A DNA stretch of 64,000 bases, from positions 200,915-264,914 of the forward strand of contig JAVBMR010000002.1 of assembly GCA_031552235.1 (NCBI GenBank), in the 5' to 3' direction. The translations under genes and the position numbers were made by a program. Of the stretch, positions 1 to 12,323 are shown in pieces. Within the stretch, counting starts at the first letter, position 1. Every line of letters begins with the position of its first letter. The stretch comes from Tidjanibacter sp. (GTDB lineage Bacteria > Bacteroidota > Bacteroidia > Bacteroidales > Rikenellaceae). The notes beneath the pieces were generated by a model. That model had not been told where the DNA came from. It saw only the letters and a program-made list of their open reading frames with translations, and made no database searches.

Positions 1-733
1 CGAAAGCCAGTACCTTATTTTTGCCTGCCTCGACAATGGCGGGTTTAATGATTTTTTCTTCCTCCTCGCCCAACAGGCCGCCGTCGCCGGCGTGGGGTTG
101 GAGCGCGAGGACGGCTATCTTAGGTTCGACTATGCCGAAGTCGGCGATACGCGAGCGCCGCAGGCGTGCGCGCGGGGCCACCATCTTGTCCGCCGTGATA
201 TTTTTGCTGACCTCGGCCACTGGAATATGAATAGTCACCAACCCAACTTTCAGCAGCTGGCTGCACATCATCATCAGCGGTTCACCGCCGAATTCGCTGG
301 CGAAGAACTCGGTGTGGCCCGTGAATTTAAAGCCCTCGGCCTGTACGTTCTCCTTGTTGATCGGCGCGGTCACGATGGCGTCTATCGTCCCGGCTTTGAG
401 GTCGGCCGCAGCCGCGCGGAGCATTTCCACCGCCGCTTTGCCTGCCTCGGGTTTCGATGTTCCCGGTTCGAGCGCAGTCTCCTCGTCGATGCACGATACG
501 AGGTTGACCCTTTTCGAGCGTGCCTCGGCGGCGTTTTTTATGGTTGTGAACTGGAGGTTTTCCGCCCCCTCGATGTCTTTCTTATAGTATGCGAGTACCT
601 TCGCCGCGCCATAGACAACAGGCGTGAACATTTCCCATATCCGGCTGTCGGACAGCATCTTGATGACCACCTCGGGGCCGATGCCGTTGACATCGCCCAG
701 CGTGATCCCTAATTTTATTTTCTGATCGCTCAT
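1..733 (-). CDS. pdxA: 4-hydroxythreonine-4-phosphate dehydrogenase PdxA, N-terminal ~244 codons (3' end runs off the window)
   Basis: Reverse translation from ATG at 733-731 reads MSDQKIKLGITLGDVNGIGPEVV...TAPINKENV...FTGHTEFF, matching PdxA signature blocks. It is absent from the ORF track because there is no stop inside the window. Confidence 0.85.
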   Translation of the reverse strand, partial: MSDQKIKLGITLGDVNGIGPEVVIKMLSDSRIWEMFTPVVYGAAKVLAYYKKDIEGAENLQFTTIKNAAEARSKRVNLVSCIDEETALEPGTSKPEAGKAAVEMLRAAAADLKAGTIDAIVTAPINKENVQAEGFKFTGHTEFFASEFGGEPLMMMCSQLLKVGLVTIHIPVAEVSKNITADKMVAPRARLRRSRIADFGIVEPKIAVLALQPHAGDGGLLGEEEEKIIKPAIVEAGKNKVLAF

Positions 734-754
734 TTTGCCTTGTTTAATAAACAG

Positions 755-762
755 CAAAGATA
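755..762 (-). promoter_or_regulatory. Bacteroidota -7 box TATCTTTG upstream of pdxA
   Basis: The plus strand reads CAAAGATA, i.e. TATCTTTG on the minus strand, 22 nt upstream of the pdxA ATG. The same octamer sits at similar spacing before lon and the GT2 gene at 18700. Confidence 0.45.
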
Positions 763-801
763 AAAAGGATTTCCGTATTTCACCCATAATTGCCTTGCAA
801 A

Positions 802-2940
802 TCAAGGCATCGGAACCAGATCTTCCCATTTTACGTCCCAGTTGCCGTCCTTGGGGAATCCCGGGTTTTTCCCGGCAGAACCGTCCCATCCGGCACACAT
901 CATCGCAAGGGTTGTGAGCAAGCCCCCGTTGCCGGGGAGGTATACACGCAACTGGTTGTTCTGATAATTGTGCCCGTTCGCAAGGTAGGTATTGGTGCGT
1001 TTATCCATCAAAAGGGCCCCGATCGCTTTCTCCGGTTCCCCCAGGCGGACGGCGCACATAGCCGTCATGGGGTAGTCCCAACCCCATGTGTGGTTCCAGT
1101 TCCAGTTATTCCAAACCCATCCAAGGGTTTGCTTCATGGTTGCTTTCTCGAAAAGACGGTTCTGGGGGAGGATGCCGAAAGCGCCCAATACGGCCATGTG
1201 GTCGGAGGTGAACCGGACATCGTGATAGGTCTGCGGAGCTGTTTCGGCAGCGAGATACAGACCGTCTTTTTCAGCCAGCGGGGATAGTTTATTGATGATT
1301 TCGTCCCACTCCGGATCCCTTTGCAATCCGGCCCTTTCCCTCCAAAGTTGGGCTACGTTCAGCGCGTAATGCCAGTACGACAATTCGAAGGGCGGATTAA
1401 CGGTCTCCTTCGCACCTAACGTTTCCTGTGCCGGGATCACGCCCTTCAGCACATAACGTTCGTTCGCCTGGTCGTAAGTGGCGAAAGAAGCCATAAATTC
1501 GGCAGTCTTGAAAACCAGGTCTTTGTATTTTTCAATCACTTCGGGCGATTGCCTTTGGCGATAGATCAATTCTGCCATGTATATAAAGTGGGGCTGTTGC
1601 CATATCAGGAAAGGGCCTATGTTAGACGGGGATTCCATTCCTGAAGGATCGGTCATTTTCATCCAGCGGATACCTTCGAATCCCTGCCGCTGCGCTGTTT
1701 CTTTGGCCACAGGCTCTACCCTCGCATACCAGTCGAGGCTTCTTTCCATCATGTCGATCCTGTTCCACAAAGCGAAGTGTACGGCATGCCACCAGTGCAT
1801 CTCGAGATGGAACTTACCATGCCAGCTGTTGTAGGTCAGCCCGGTTTCCTGCGGAGGGATCGTGCCGGAGCACTGGATCGCCATTAACTGTTGGGATAAA
1901 ACGGCGCGCCTTTCCAGTTCCTTTGCCCTCGGGTCTTTGCATTCCCCGAAATCGATAAACCCGCCCTTCGTCCAGAATCCCTGCCAGTAATTCCTGCTTT
2001 TGCGGACTGTCGCGGTAAACGAACCGGGTGCGGTTTCGGTATTGTTTTCGGTGAAAAACGCCGTGAAACTGAAGTTTTCATTTTCGGGGGAGAGCAGGAA
2101 ATAGTGCTCTTCCTTTTGCTCTATGGACGCCTTCCCTTTCCATGTCACTTTTACATAATAAGTGGTGGAGTCGAGCCTTCTTTCGAACAGAACATGTTGC
2201 TTTCCTTGGGAAATTATCTTCGTGGAGTGTTTTTCCGGCGCGTCCCAGTCGCAGGCGTCGTCGGTGTGCTGCGCTGTCGGATAGGGGAACCGTAACTTTA
2301 TCTTCAACTGCTTCTTTGCAAACAATCCGGAACTGATCTCTGCGGCGATCATATCTTTGTCGGGGTGGCAGGCGGTCTTTACTTCGGTCGTGGAATTACC
2401 CACCGAGAAACGACTGGAAATAACCCCTTGCCACAGATCATGCGATTGCCGTATGGACGATATGCTTTCCGGCCCGGCCGGGTTTCCGCCGTCATCGGTT
2501 ATCTCAAAGCCGATTATGCCTAAGTGCAGCCGGTGGGCGTTGGCCCTGAAATAGTTTGCGGCCTCCTGCTGCCGGCCACCGCCGAACTGTACGGTATAAG
2601 ATTCCTCATGTCCGCGCCCGAAATCGAAAGCCTTCAGGGTCTCTTCTGGCGTGTAATTGTCCGTGTTCGGCATGGTGTGCCAGCCCCACTGCGATTGGGT
2701 GCCCAGGGGAATGCCGTTTTTGTATGGGTCGGGGAAAGTCTGAAGTCCGGTGGCGTCGACGGTAAATGCGAAATTGCCGTTGCCGACAGACAAGGAAGAC
2801 AATGAATCGATTGCCGTTACCTGAGGATTGTTCCTTGCTACAACTGCTTCGCGATCTATTTTTTCATTTTTGCCGGGTTGGTTTGCATGCCCGGGGCAGA
2901 AGGACGTGCAAAAGAAAATTCCTAAAAGCAGTTTTTTCAT
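802..2940 (-). CDS. secreted glycoside-hydrolase-like protein (family not assignable by eye)
   Basis: 712-aa ORF with signal peptide MKKLLLGIFFCTSFCPGHA. The Trp/Tyr-rich sequence is typical of large (alpha/alpha)6-type glycosidases, but I recognised no catalytic motif with certainty. Confidence 0.45.
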   Translation of the reverse strand: MKKLLLGIFFCTSFCPGHANQPGKNEKIDREAVVARNNPQVTAIDSLSSLSVGNGNFAFTVDATGLQTFPDPYKNGIPLGTQSQWGWHTMPNTDNYTPEETLKAFDFGRGHEESYTVQFGGGRQQEAANYFRANAHRLHLGIIGFEITDDGGNPAGPESISSIRQSHDLWQGVISSRFSVGNSTTEVKTACHPDKDMIAAEISSGLFAKKQLKIKLRFPYPTAQHTDDACDWDAPEKHSTKIISQGKQHVLFERRLDSTTYYVKVTWKGKASIEQKEEHYFLLSPENENFSFTAFFTENNTETAPGSFTATVRKSRNYWQGFWTKGGFIDFGECKDPRAKELERRAVLSQQLMAIQCSGTIPPQETGLTYNSWHGKFHLEMHWWHAVHFALWNRIDMMERSLDWYARVEPVAKETAQRQGFEGIRWMKMTDPSGMESPSNIGPFLIWQQPHFIYMAELIYRQRQSPEVIEKYKDLVFKTAEFMASFATYDQANERYVLKGVIPAQETLGAKETVNPPFELSYWHYALNVAQLWRERAGLQRDPEWDEIINKLSPLAEKDGLYLAAETAPQTYHDVRFTSDHMAVLGAFGILPQNRLFEKATMKQTLGWVWNNWNWNHTWGWDYPMTAMCAVRLGEPEKAIGALLMDKRTNTYLANGHNYQNNQLRVYLPGNGGLLTTLAMMCAGWDGSAGKNPGFPKDGNWDVKWEDLVPMP

Positions 2941-3001
2941 GTTAATGTAGATTTGATGCGGGATGATTCCATTATAAAGATAGGATTTTTTTTTATATTT
3001 G

Positions 3002-3009
3002 TACCTTTA
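3002..3009 (+). promoter_or_regulatory. -7 box TACCTTTA upstream of dnaX
   Basis: TTTGTACCTTTAC lies 19 nt before the ATG at 3028. The same TACCTTT(G/A) word precedes rnpB, dnaB and the hemD-like gene. Confidence 0.4.
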
Positions 3010-3027
3010 CGAGTCGAAAAGATACCC

Positions 3028-5037
<2,010 letters not shown>

Positions 5038-5046
5038 TCTTAAATT

Positions 5047-5754
5047 TTAATCGCAGTCCAGCTCGATCTCTATTTCCTCTGACAATAAAGAAAATTCCAG
5101 GATGGCAATCTTTTGAGCCACGTCCGATATTTCCCTGTTTGAATTTGTGATGGCCTCGATCTCGTTTTCGGATATAAGTCCCTCCATAGGCAATATGCGA
5201 TTTTGGCTCTGATAATGATCTAAAATGAAACGTGTCATTGCCGCATTTTGACGGCTCAGTGCCACCTGTCGTTTATTCGAGGCTTCTATCAACTCAGGCA
5301 TCTCTTTCATTTTGGACGCCTCGTAGTTTCCGAGGACAAAAGCAGCGTCTTCCATCTCTGCCCTGTTTTTGCTTTTCATCACCACGTCAGAAAGCGCTGA
5401 ATATGTCGAGTCGCGTTTTAGTAATTGCTCATAAGCCCCGTCGGCATCAAGATATACTTTTCTTAACGCTTTTATTGCAGGTACGGTGTCAAATAATGCA
5501 CTTGGGGTGTATGTTTTGAGCCCGAATATTGGAATAGGATGGCTGCTGTTTTCCCTGTCGTTAATGAACCGGCTGAATATCAGAAAATTTTGCAGGAGTT
5601 CAAGGGAGTCTAATTCGGCTTTGATCGAGGCGACCTGTTCCGGTGAGCTTATTTCGGCAGGTTTAATCTTTACGGATACCTGACCGTTCAACGTAAAAAA
5701 GGCGCCCGTCAGCATAATTGCCGCGAGCGCCGTATTTTTAAATGAGAGTTTCAT
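5047..5754 (-). CDS. hypothetical secreted protein
   Basis: 235-aa ORF with signal peptide MKLSFKNTALAAIMLTGAFFTLNG. It is visibly more AT-rich than the flanking dnaX and lon, and I recognise no family. Confidence 0.6.
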   Translation of the reverse strand: MKLSFKNTALAAIMLTGAFFTLNGQVSVKIKPAEISSPEQVASIKAELDSLELLQNFLIFSRFINDRENSSHPIPIFGLKTYTPSALFDTVPAIKALRKVYLDADGAYEQLLKRDSTYSALSDVVMKSKNRAEMEDAAFVLGNYEASKMKEMPELIEASNKRQVALSRQNAAMTRFILDHYQSQNRILPMEGLISENEIEAITNSNREISDVAQKIAILEFSLLSEEIEIELDCD

Positions 5755-5820
5755 ATCGCAAAGGGTTGTTGGGTTTCCGCAATATAATCATTTATTGGGA
5801 AACAACCGCCTGCTGAGCCG

Positions 5821-8256
5821 CTAAAAAAGCTTTTCCAGTGCCAGTTCCAGCACGTCGTCGTTCATCCTGACGTAGTGGAACGAGAGGCCTTCGAGGTATT
5901 CGGGTTTGATGTCGGCGATGTCTTTGCGGTTATCCTCGCTCATTATGATGTCGCTGATGCCCGCGCGTTTTGCCGCGAGGATCTTTTCCTTGATGCCGCC
6001 CACCGGCATTACGCGTCCGCGCAGGGTGGTTTCGCCCGTCATCGCGATGCGGTCGCGCACCTTGCGGCCGGTGTAGCTCGACACGATCGAGGTCATCATC
6101 GTGATCCCGGCGCTGGGGCCGTCCTTGGGGATGGCGCCTTCCGGGACGTGGATGTTGATGTCCGATTTCTCGAACTTCTCGGGGTCTATGCCCAATTTTT
6201 CGTAGTTGGCCTTGACCCATTCGAGGGCTATCGTTGCCGATTCCTTCATCACGTCGCCCAGGTTGCCCGTAAGGTTCAGGCGTCCTTTGCCCGGCGTGAG
6301 CACCGATTCCACATATAGGATGTCGCCGCCGACTTCGGTCCAGGCCAGGCCGGTCACTACACCGGTGATGCCGCCCACTTCGTATTGATCATTGCGGAAT
6401 TTGGGCAGGCCGAGTATGCGTTCCACGTCTTCGGCCGAGATCACGGGCGAGAATTCCTCCTCGAACCCTATGTTCTTCGCCCTGTGGCGGGCTATCTTCG
6501 CGAGGTTCTTGTCGAGCGTGCGCACACCCGACTCGCGGGTATACTCCGAAACTATCTTTTCCATCACGTCGCGCGAAACGGTCAGGTCTTTGTCTGGCAC
6601 GCCGTGCGCTTCGCGCTGTTTAGGAAGCAGGTGCTCCGTGCCGATATGCACCTTCTCTTCAAGGATATACCCCGGGATGTTTATCATCTCCATACGGTCG
6701 CGCAGGGCAGGGTGTATGTTGGCGATATTGTTGGCAGTAGCAATGAACAGCACTTTCGACAGGTCGTACTCGATGTCGAGGTAGTTGTCGTGGAAAGAGG
6801 TGTTCTGTTCAGGGTCGAGTACTTCCAGAAGTGCCGAGGCCGGGTCGCCGTGGTTGCTCGCACCGACTTTATCTATCTCGTCGAGGATGATGACCGGGTT
6901 CGACGAGCCGCACCTCTTGATAGTCTGGAGTATGCGTCCAGGCATGGCGCCTATGTAGGTACGCCTGTGGCCGCGGATCTCCGCTTCGTCGTGCAGGCCC
7001 CCCAGCGAAATACGCCCGAACTTGCGCTTCAGCGACTCGGCGACCGACTTGCCGAGCGACGTCTTACCCACCCCCGGAGGGCCGTAGAGGCACAGGATCG
7101 GGGATTTCAGGTCGCCTTTCAGCTTGATTATGGCGAGGTGTTCGAGGATGCGTTCCTTAACCTCGTCCAGGCCGTAATGATCTTCGTCTAACTGCGTGCG
7201 CGCATGCTTCAGGTCGAGGTTGTCTTTCGTGGTTTCGTTCCACGGCAGGTCGAGCATAAGGTTCAGATAGGTCATCTGGACCGAATATTCGGCTATTGCA
7301 GGGTTGAGGCGTTCGAGTTTGCCGACCTCTTTGTCGAATGCTTCGGCGACTTCCTTGTTCCATTTCTTTTTCTTGGCGCGCTTGCGCATATCCTCGATAT
7401 CGCTCTCGTTGACGTCGCCCCCGAGTTCCTCCTGTATGGTGCGTATCTGTTGCTGGAGGTAATACTCGCGCTGCTGCTGGTCGAGGTCGCGTTTCACTTT
7501 CGACTGGATCTCGCTCTTGAGTTCAACGAGCTGCTGCTCTTTCACAAGGATTTCGAGCAGCCTGCGGGCGCGGGACAGAAGCCCCGGCGCTTCGAGCAGG
7601 TGCTGGCGGTCCACGTCGTCGAGTTCGAGGTTCGAACACACGAAATTTATCAGCCCGCGTTTGCTGTCGATGTTCTTGATGGCGAACGTTGCCTCTTTGG
7701 GCATGCTCGGCGATATGTTGATGATGTTCAGCGCCACGTCGCGGATCGAGTCCACCAGGGCGTCGAACTCCATGTTGTTCTTCTCGGGCGCCGAATCTTT
7801 GATAGGCACCACCGATGCCGTGAAGAAAGGGTCGGACGAGATTATGCCCTGTATCTCGATCTTCTCGATGCCGTGCAGGATGACCGTGAGGTTGCCGTTG
7901 GGCATTTCGAGGACCTTCAGGATGTGGGCGGCCGTACCGATGCGGTAGATGTCGTCCGCCCCGGGATTTTCGAGGTCGGGCTCTTTCTGGAGTACCGCGC
8001 CGAGGATGCCGCTGCCGCCCTCCACGTCACGCACGAGTTTCATGCTCTTCTCGCGCCCCACCGTGATCGGTGTGATGGCGCCGGGGAAAAGCACCGAGCT
8101 GCGCAGGGTGAGTATCGGGAGTACGTCGGGCACCGAAATGTCGGGCATGGCGTCGTCCTCGTTGCCCGAAACGATGGGGATCACCTGGTGGCGCCCTTCG
8201 AGCATATCGGTGATACCCGACAGGTCTTCGATGTTTATTTTTTGCTTCTTGCTCAT
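5821..8256 (-). CDS. lon: ATP-dependent Lon protease
   Basis: 811 aa with a Lon N-domain, Walker A GPPGVGKTS, and a protease domain containing PKDGPSAGITM (catalytic Ser). Confidence 0.95.
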   Translation of the reverse strand: MSKKQKINIEDLSGITDMLEGRHQVIPIVSGNEDDAMPDISVPDVLPILTLRSSVLFPGAITPITVGREKSMKLVRDVEGGSGILGAVLQKEPDLENPGADDIYRIGTAAHILKVLEMPNGNLTVILHGIEKIEIQGIISSDPFFTASVVPIKDSAPEKNNMEFDALVDSIRDVALNIINISPSMPKEATFAIKNIDSKRGLINFVCSNLELDDVDRQHLLEAPGLLSRARRLLEILVKEQQLVELKSEIQSKVKRDLDQQQREYYLQQQIRTIQEELGGDVNESDIEDMRKRAKKKKWNKEVAEAFDKEVGKLERLNPAIAEYSVQMTYLNLMLDLPWNETTKDNLDLKHARTQLDEDHYGLDEVKERILEHLAIIKLKGDLKSPILCLYGPPGVGKTSLGKSVAESLKRKFGRISLGGLHDEAEIRGHRRTYIGAMPGRILQTIKRCGSSNPVIILDEIDKVGASNHGDPASALLEVLDPEQNTSFHDNYLDIEYDLSKVLFIATANNIANIHPALRDRMEMINIPGYILEEKVHIGTEHLLPKQREAHGVPDKDLTVSRDVMEKIVSEYTRESGVRTLDKNLAKIARHRAKNIGFEEEFSPVISAEDVERILGLPKFRNDQYEVGGITGVVTGLAWTEVGGDILYVESVLTPGKGRLNLTGNLGDVMKESATIALEWVKANYEKLGIDPEKFEKSDINIHVPEGAIPKDGPSAGITMMTSIVSSYTGRKVRDRIAMTGETTLRGRVMPVGGIKEKILAAKRAGISDIIMSEDNRKDIADIKPEYLEGLSFHYVRMNDDVLELALEKLF

Positions 8257-8276
8257 ATTTTCTCCTTCAAAAGTTA

Positions 8277-8284
8277 CAAAGATA
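8277..8284 (-). promoter_or_regulatory. -7 box TATCTTTG upstream of lon
   Basis: The plus strand reads CAAAGATA, 21 nt upstream of the lon ATG (8256). Confidence 0.45.
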
Positions 8285-8390
8285 AGGGTTTTACCCTCTT
8301 GTTCATAATAAATATTCCGGCTTTATTCAAAACGTTCCGCGCGGTGTTAAAATTGTAGCCGCGCTGTGTGTTAGTTACGTGCCGAAATTG

Positions 8391-8398
8391 TATCTTTG
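8391..8398 (+). promoter_or_regulatory. -7 box TATCTTTG, candidate valS promoter (long leader)
   Basis: TATCTTTG on the plus strand, 177 nt upstream of the valS ATG. The leader contains four ATGCAAA-type words. Confidence 0.3.
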
Positions 8399-8574
8399 CA
8401 AATGTTTTGCATATTGGCGCGGCACAGCATAGCCCATATGCAAATCCTTATACAAATAGGATGCAAATTTTGCCCGAAGCGCTTTTTTTGACAATATGTC
8501 AGTAAAAATAGCCGGACTTTGTCCGAAGAGCGTGTGTGTGGCAGGCCCGAACAGACATATTTTACACTTTCACT

Positions 8575-11199
8575 ATGAAATTATCAGACAAGTACGCTCC
8601 GCAGGAGATCGAGAACAAATGGTACGACTACTGGATGCAGCACCGCCTTTTCCATTCGGAGCCCGATGGGCGCGAACCATACACCATTGTCATCCCGCCG
8701 CCAAACGTGACGGGGGTACTCCACATGGGGCATATTCTTAACAATACGATACAGGACGTGCTTACACGCCGCGCGCGCATGATGGGCAAGAACGCCTGCT
8801 GGGTGCCGGGGACAGACCACGCTTCGATAGCCACCGAGGCTAAAGTAGTCGCACGGCTCAGGGCGCAGGGCATCGAGAAAACGTCGCTCACGCGCGAAGA
8901 GTTTATGAAGCATGCGTGGGAATGGACGGAAGAGCATGGCGGGCTTATATTGAAGCAGTTGCGTCGTCTGGGCGCTTCGTGCGACTGGGACCGTACGGTC
9001 TTCACGCTCGACGAGGCGCGCTATGAGAGCGTTATAAAAGTTTTCGTCGACCTTTTCAACAAGGGTATGATATACCGCGGCGTGCGCATGGTCAACTGGG
9101 ACCCGGCCGCGCAGACCGCCCTCTCTGATGAAGAGGTTATATATAAGGAGTCGGCCGGGAAGCTCTATTACCTGCGCTACATGATCGAAGGCACGAAGGA
9201 CTATGTCGTGGTGGCGACCACCCGTCCTGAGACTATTCTCGGCGACACTGGCCTCGCGGTCAATCCGAACGATCCGCGCTACGCGGCGCTCAAGGGCAAG
9301 AAAGTGGCCGTGCCGCTGGTAGGCCGCATGATCCCGGTCATCTTCGACGATTATGTAGACGTGGAATTCGGTACGGGCGCGCTCAAGGTTACGCCGGCGC
9401 ACGACGTAAACGACTATGTCCTGGGCGAAAAGTTCGGGCTGGAAGTCATCGACATATTCAACGACAACGGCACGGTGAACGGCAAGGTGGGCATCTACGA
9501 GGGCATGGACCGTTTCGCCCTGCGCGACAGAATAGAGGGCGACCTCGCCGCGGCGGGTCTGCTTGAAAAGGTTGAGCCGTATAACAACAAGGTGGGCTGC
9601 TCGGAACGTACCGGCGTGCCCATCGAGCCGAAGCTCTCGATGCAGTGGTGGCTCAAGATGGAAGACCTGGCCCGTCCGGCGCTCGACGCCGTGATCGAGG
9701 ACGACATACGTTTCTTCCCGGCAAAATTCAAAAATACATACCGCCACTGGATGGAGGGCATCAAGGACTGGTGTATCTCGCGCCAGTTGTGGTGGGGGCA
9801 GCGCATACCGGCGTACTACCTGCCCGGCGGCGGCTTCGTGGTCGCCGAAACGGAAGAAGCCGCACTCGCCGCCGCACGTGAGAAAACCGGCAACCCCGAG
9901 CTTCAGCTTGCCGACCTGCGTCAGGATGAAGACGTACTCGACACATGGTTCAGCTCGTGGCTGTGGCCGATCTCGGTGTTCGACGGCATCCGCAACCCCG
10001 AAAATAAAGACATTCAATATTATTATCCGACGAACGACCTTGTGACCGGCCCGGACATTATATTCTTCTGGGTGGCGCGCATGATAATGTCGGGATACGA
10101 GTACCGTAACGATAAACCTTTCGGGAACGTATATTTCACGGGGATCGTGCGCGACAAGCAGCACCGCAAGATGAGCAAATCGCTCGGCAACTCGCCCGAG
10201 CCGCTCGAACTGATCGACACGTTCGGCGCCGACGGCGTGCGCACGGCGATGCTCCTTTGCACCTCGGCCGGCAACGACCTGATGTTCGACGAAAGCCTTT
10301 GCGAGCAGGGCCGTAACTTCGGTAATAAAATATGGAACGCCTACAGGCTTGTGGATTCGTGGAACGTGGACGAGGCGCTCTGGCAGAATGACGCCTGCCG
10401 CATAGCGGTCGAGTGGTTCGGAAACGCGATGGCGCAAACACGCCGCGCGATGGAGGCCGACTTCGCCGACTACAGGATATCGGAAGCGCTTATGCAGCTC
10501 TACAAACTGTTCTGGGACGACTTCTCGGGCTGGTTCCTCGAAATGGTGAAGCCGCCCTATGGTGAAGGCATCGACAAAAAAACGCAGGAGCAGACCAAAT
10601 CTATTTTCGAGCAGCTGCTCCAGCTCCTGCATCCGTTCATGCCGTTCATAACAGAAGAGATATGGCAACACATCGCCCCCCGCAAGGACGGCGAGAGCAT
10701 CATGTCGACCCTTTGGCCTGCAGTTGCGCAGCCGGACGAGAGTATGCTCGCCGAATTCGCCAAGGTGCAGGAGGCCGTGTCGCAGATCCGTGCCGTGCGC
10801 AAACAGCGCAACCTGCCTTATAAGGATAAGCTCGTGCTGAAAGTCATAGCCGATGAGAATTTCCACCCGCAGTACAACGATGTGCTGGTCAAGATGGGCA
10901 ACCTGTCGGCTGTGGAGGCGGTCGGCGAGAAAGACCCGGCCGCCGCGGCGTTCATCGTGAAGACCACACAGTACTTCATCCCGCTCGAAGACAAGATAGA
11001 CAAGGAGGCCGAAGTGGCCAAACTCCGCGAGGAGCTGACCTATCAGCAGGGCTTCCTGCGCTCGGTTATGGGCAAGCTGTCGAACGAACGTTTCGTGGCG
11101 GGCGCACCGGCGAAAGTGCTTGAGAACGAGAAAGCCAAGAAGGCCGATGCCGAGGCGCGCATAGCGGCGATCGAGGAGCGCCTGAACGCTTTGCAATAA
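8575..11199 (+). CDS. valS: valine--tRNA ligase
   Basis: [20 protein letters not shown]..., HIGH-type motif [18 protein letters not shown], and a C-terminal coiled coil. The start was moved to the ATG at 8575. Confidence 0.95.
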   Translation: MKLSDKYAPQEIENKWYDYWMQHRLFHSEPDGREPYTIVIPPPNVTGVLHMGHILNNTIQDVLTRRARMMGKNACWVPGTDHASIATEAKVVARLRAQGIEKTSLTREEFMKHAWEWTEEHGGLILKQLRRLGASCDWDRTVFTLDEARYESVIKVFVDLFNKGMIYRGVRMVNWDPAAQTALSDEEVIYKESAGKLYYLRYMIEGTKDYVVVATTRPETILGDTGLAVNPNDPRYAALKGKKVAVPLVGRMIPVIFDDYVDVEFGTGALKVTPAHDVNDYVLGEKFGLEVIDIFNDNGTVNGKVGIYEGMDRFALRDRIEGDLAAAGLLEKVEPYNNKVGCSERTGVPIEPKLSMQWWLKMEDLARPALDAVIEDDIRFFPAKFKNTYRHWMEGIKDWCISRQLWWGQRIPAYYLPGGGFVVAETEEAALAAAREKTGNPELQLADLRQDEDVLDTWFSSWLWPISVFDGIRNPENKDIQYYYPTNDLVTGPDIIFFWVARMIMSGYEYRNDKPFGNVYFTGIVRDKQHRKMSKSLGNSPEPLELIDTFGADGVRTAMLLCTSAGNDLMFDESLCEQGRNFGNKIWNAYRLVDSWNVDEALWQNDACRIAVEWFGNAMAQTRRAMEADFADYRISEALMQLYKLFWDDFSGWFLEMVKPPYGEGIDKKTQEQTKSIFEQLLQLLHPFMPFITEEIWQHIAPRKDGESIMSTLWPAVAQPDESMLAEFAKVQEAVSQIRAVRKQRNLPYKDKLVLKVIADENFHPQYNDVLVKMGNLSAVEAVGEKDPAAAAFIVKTTQYFIPLEDKIDKEAEVAKLREELTYQQGFLRSVMGKLSNERFVAGAPAKVLENEKAKKADAEARIAAIEERLNALQ

Positions 11200-11240
11200 A
11201 CCGCAGCATGGTTGGCGGCGAAAATATGGTAGGCGCAGGA

Positions 11241-12206
11241 ATGCCGCGCGTAAGCGTCCTCATCCCGGTATATAACAGGGAGAAGGTCATCGCCGAAACC
11301 ATCGCGTCCGTACTCGGACAGACGTTCGCCGACTTCGAACTGATCATCTGCGACGACTGTTCCGCCGACGGCAGCGTCGGGATAGTAAAATCTTTTGCCG
11401 ATCCGCGTATCCGGCTGATCCGCAACGAAATAAACCAAGGCAGCTCGGCCAGCCGCAACAGGCTCATAGGCGAGGCACGTGGGGAATTCTGCGCGCTCTT
11501 AGACAGCGACGACATAGCCCTTCCGCACCGCCTCGAAACGCAGGTCGGCTTCCTTGACGCCCGTCCGGATGTGGACGCATGTTCCGGGGCGCTCATTATA
11601 ATAGACGGCGATGGCCGGGAGAACGGCCGGGTATGGTATAAAGAGACTGCGGGGCATGAAGCGCTGAAAGTCAAGACGTTGTTTAAGTGCGCTGTGGCCC
11701 AGACGGCGCTGATGTTCCGCCGCCGTGAGTTCATTGAGGCCGGGTTGGCATACGTTCCCGGGCCGGCCAACGACCTGGGGCTTTTCAAGCACGCACTGCA
11801 CAAACTGAGGTTCGCGAACATCGGCACGCCTTTGGTAAAGTACAGGGTGTGGCAGTCGCAGATGAGTACGGAGCACGACAACCAGCGCGAACGGGCGCTT
11901 GAACACCTTTATTATCAATACGACCTTTTGGGCCTGACACTTACGGATGACGACCGTGATGTGCTTAGGGTAGTGGTAACAGGCGGCCGCATTCCACCTG
12001 AACTTGCCGATGGATTCGCAGATTTGGCTGCGCGGATAGCCGGGGCCAATAAGCAAAAGCAGGTTTTCTCCCAGGCGGCACTCGTGTCCTGTATGTTGTC
12101 CATGTACAAGGGGACGATGCGGCTGGCCCGCAAAAAAGGGTTGGGTGCGTACTTCCGTTTCAGGTGTAAATACCGGCGGTTCAGGAAGATACTGGCCGGG
12201 ATATAA
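11241..12206 (+). CDS. family 2 glycosyltransferase
   Basis: MPRVSVLIPVYNREKVIAETIASVLGQTFADFELIICDDCSADGS and a DSDD motif. It is a paralogue of the gene at 17699-18700. Confidence 0.8.
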   Translation: MPRVSVLIPVYNREKVIAETIASVLGQTFADFELIICDDCSADGSVGIVKSFADPRIRLIRNEINQGSSASRNRLIGEARGEFCALLDSDDIALPHRLETQVGFLDARPDVDACSGALIIIDGDGRENGRVWYKETAGHEALKVKTLFKCAVAQTALMFRRREFIEAGLAYVPGPANDLGLFKHALHKLRFANIGTPLVKYRVWQSQMSTEHDNQRERALEHLYYQYDLLGLTLTDDDRDVLRVVVTGGRIPPELADGFADLAARIAGANKQKQVFSQAALVSCMLSMYKGTMRLARKKGLGAYFRFRCKYRRFRKILAGI

Positions 12207-12229
12207 AGAACGCAGATGTATTAAACAAA

Positions 12230-12261
12230 CAAATAGAGAGGCCTAATGGCCTCTCTATTTG
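12230..12261. terminator. bidirectional hairpin between the GT2 gene and argB
   Basis: CAAATAGAGAGGCC-TAAT-GGCCTCTCTATTTG, a perfect 14-bp stem with A/T-rich flanks. Confidence 0.7.
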
Positions 12262-12323
12262 TTGTACGTTGCTGCCGCTCTGTTGCTATTTCCGAGGCCA
12301 CTAGCGCCGTCCCCGGCGGGGCG

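Noticed and set aside
1670-1695. A TTCGAATCC T-loop-like word, suggesting a tRNA.
   Set aside because: It lies inside the 802-2940 CDS with no flanking acceptor or anticodon stem complementarity. I found no tRNA cloverleaf anywhere in the window.
2953-3027. N-terminal extensions of track ORFs: dnaX from 2953, valS from 8536, sodB from 19017, relA from 20519, the acyl-CoA ligase from 38176, the LysE gene from 53950, ispH from 55327, queG to 38141, the lipoprotein to 20531, the DUF1761 gene to 45073 and ruvB to 46195.
   Set aside because: The conserved protein N-termini begin at internal start codons. TAnnTTTG -7 boxes or repeat elements fall inside the extensions. The extensions carry no signal or domain features.
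8584-11196. 870-aa ORF antisense to valS. Similar long antisense or overlapping ORFs occur at 3007-4164, 7204-8358, 15087-16787, 20510-21301, 21398-22432, 24814-25995, 29220-30398, 35491-36747, 38626-39867, 43124-44497, 47266-48717, 52490-53758, 57497-58531 and 60688-62262.
   Set aside because: Each lies exactly opposite, or out of frame within, a gene with unmistakable conserved motifs. Their translations are Arg/Ala/Gly/His-rich with no recognisable domains. High GC at third codon positions removes stop codons from alternative frames. They are compositional artefacts, not overlapping genes.
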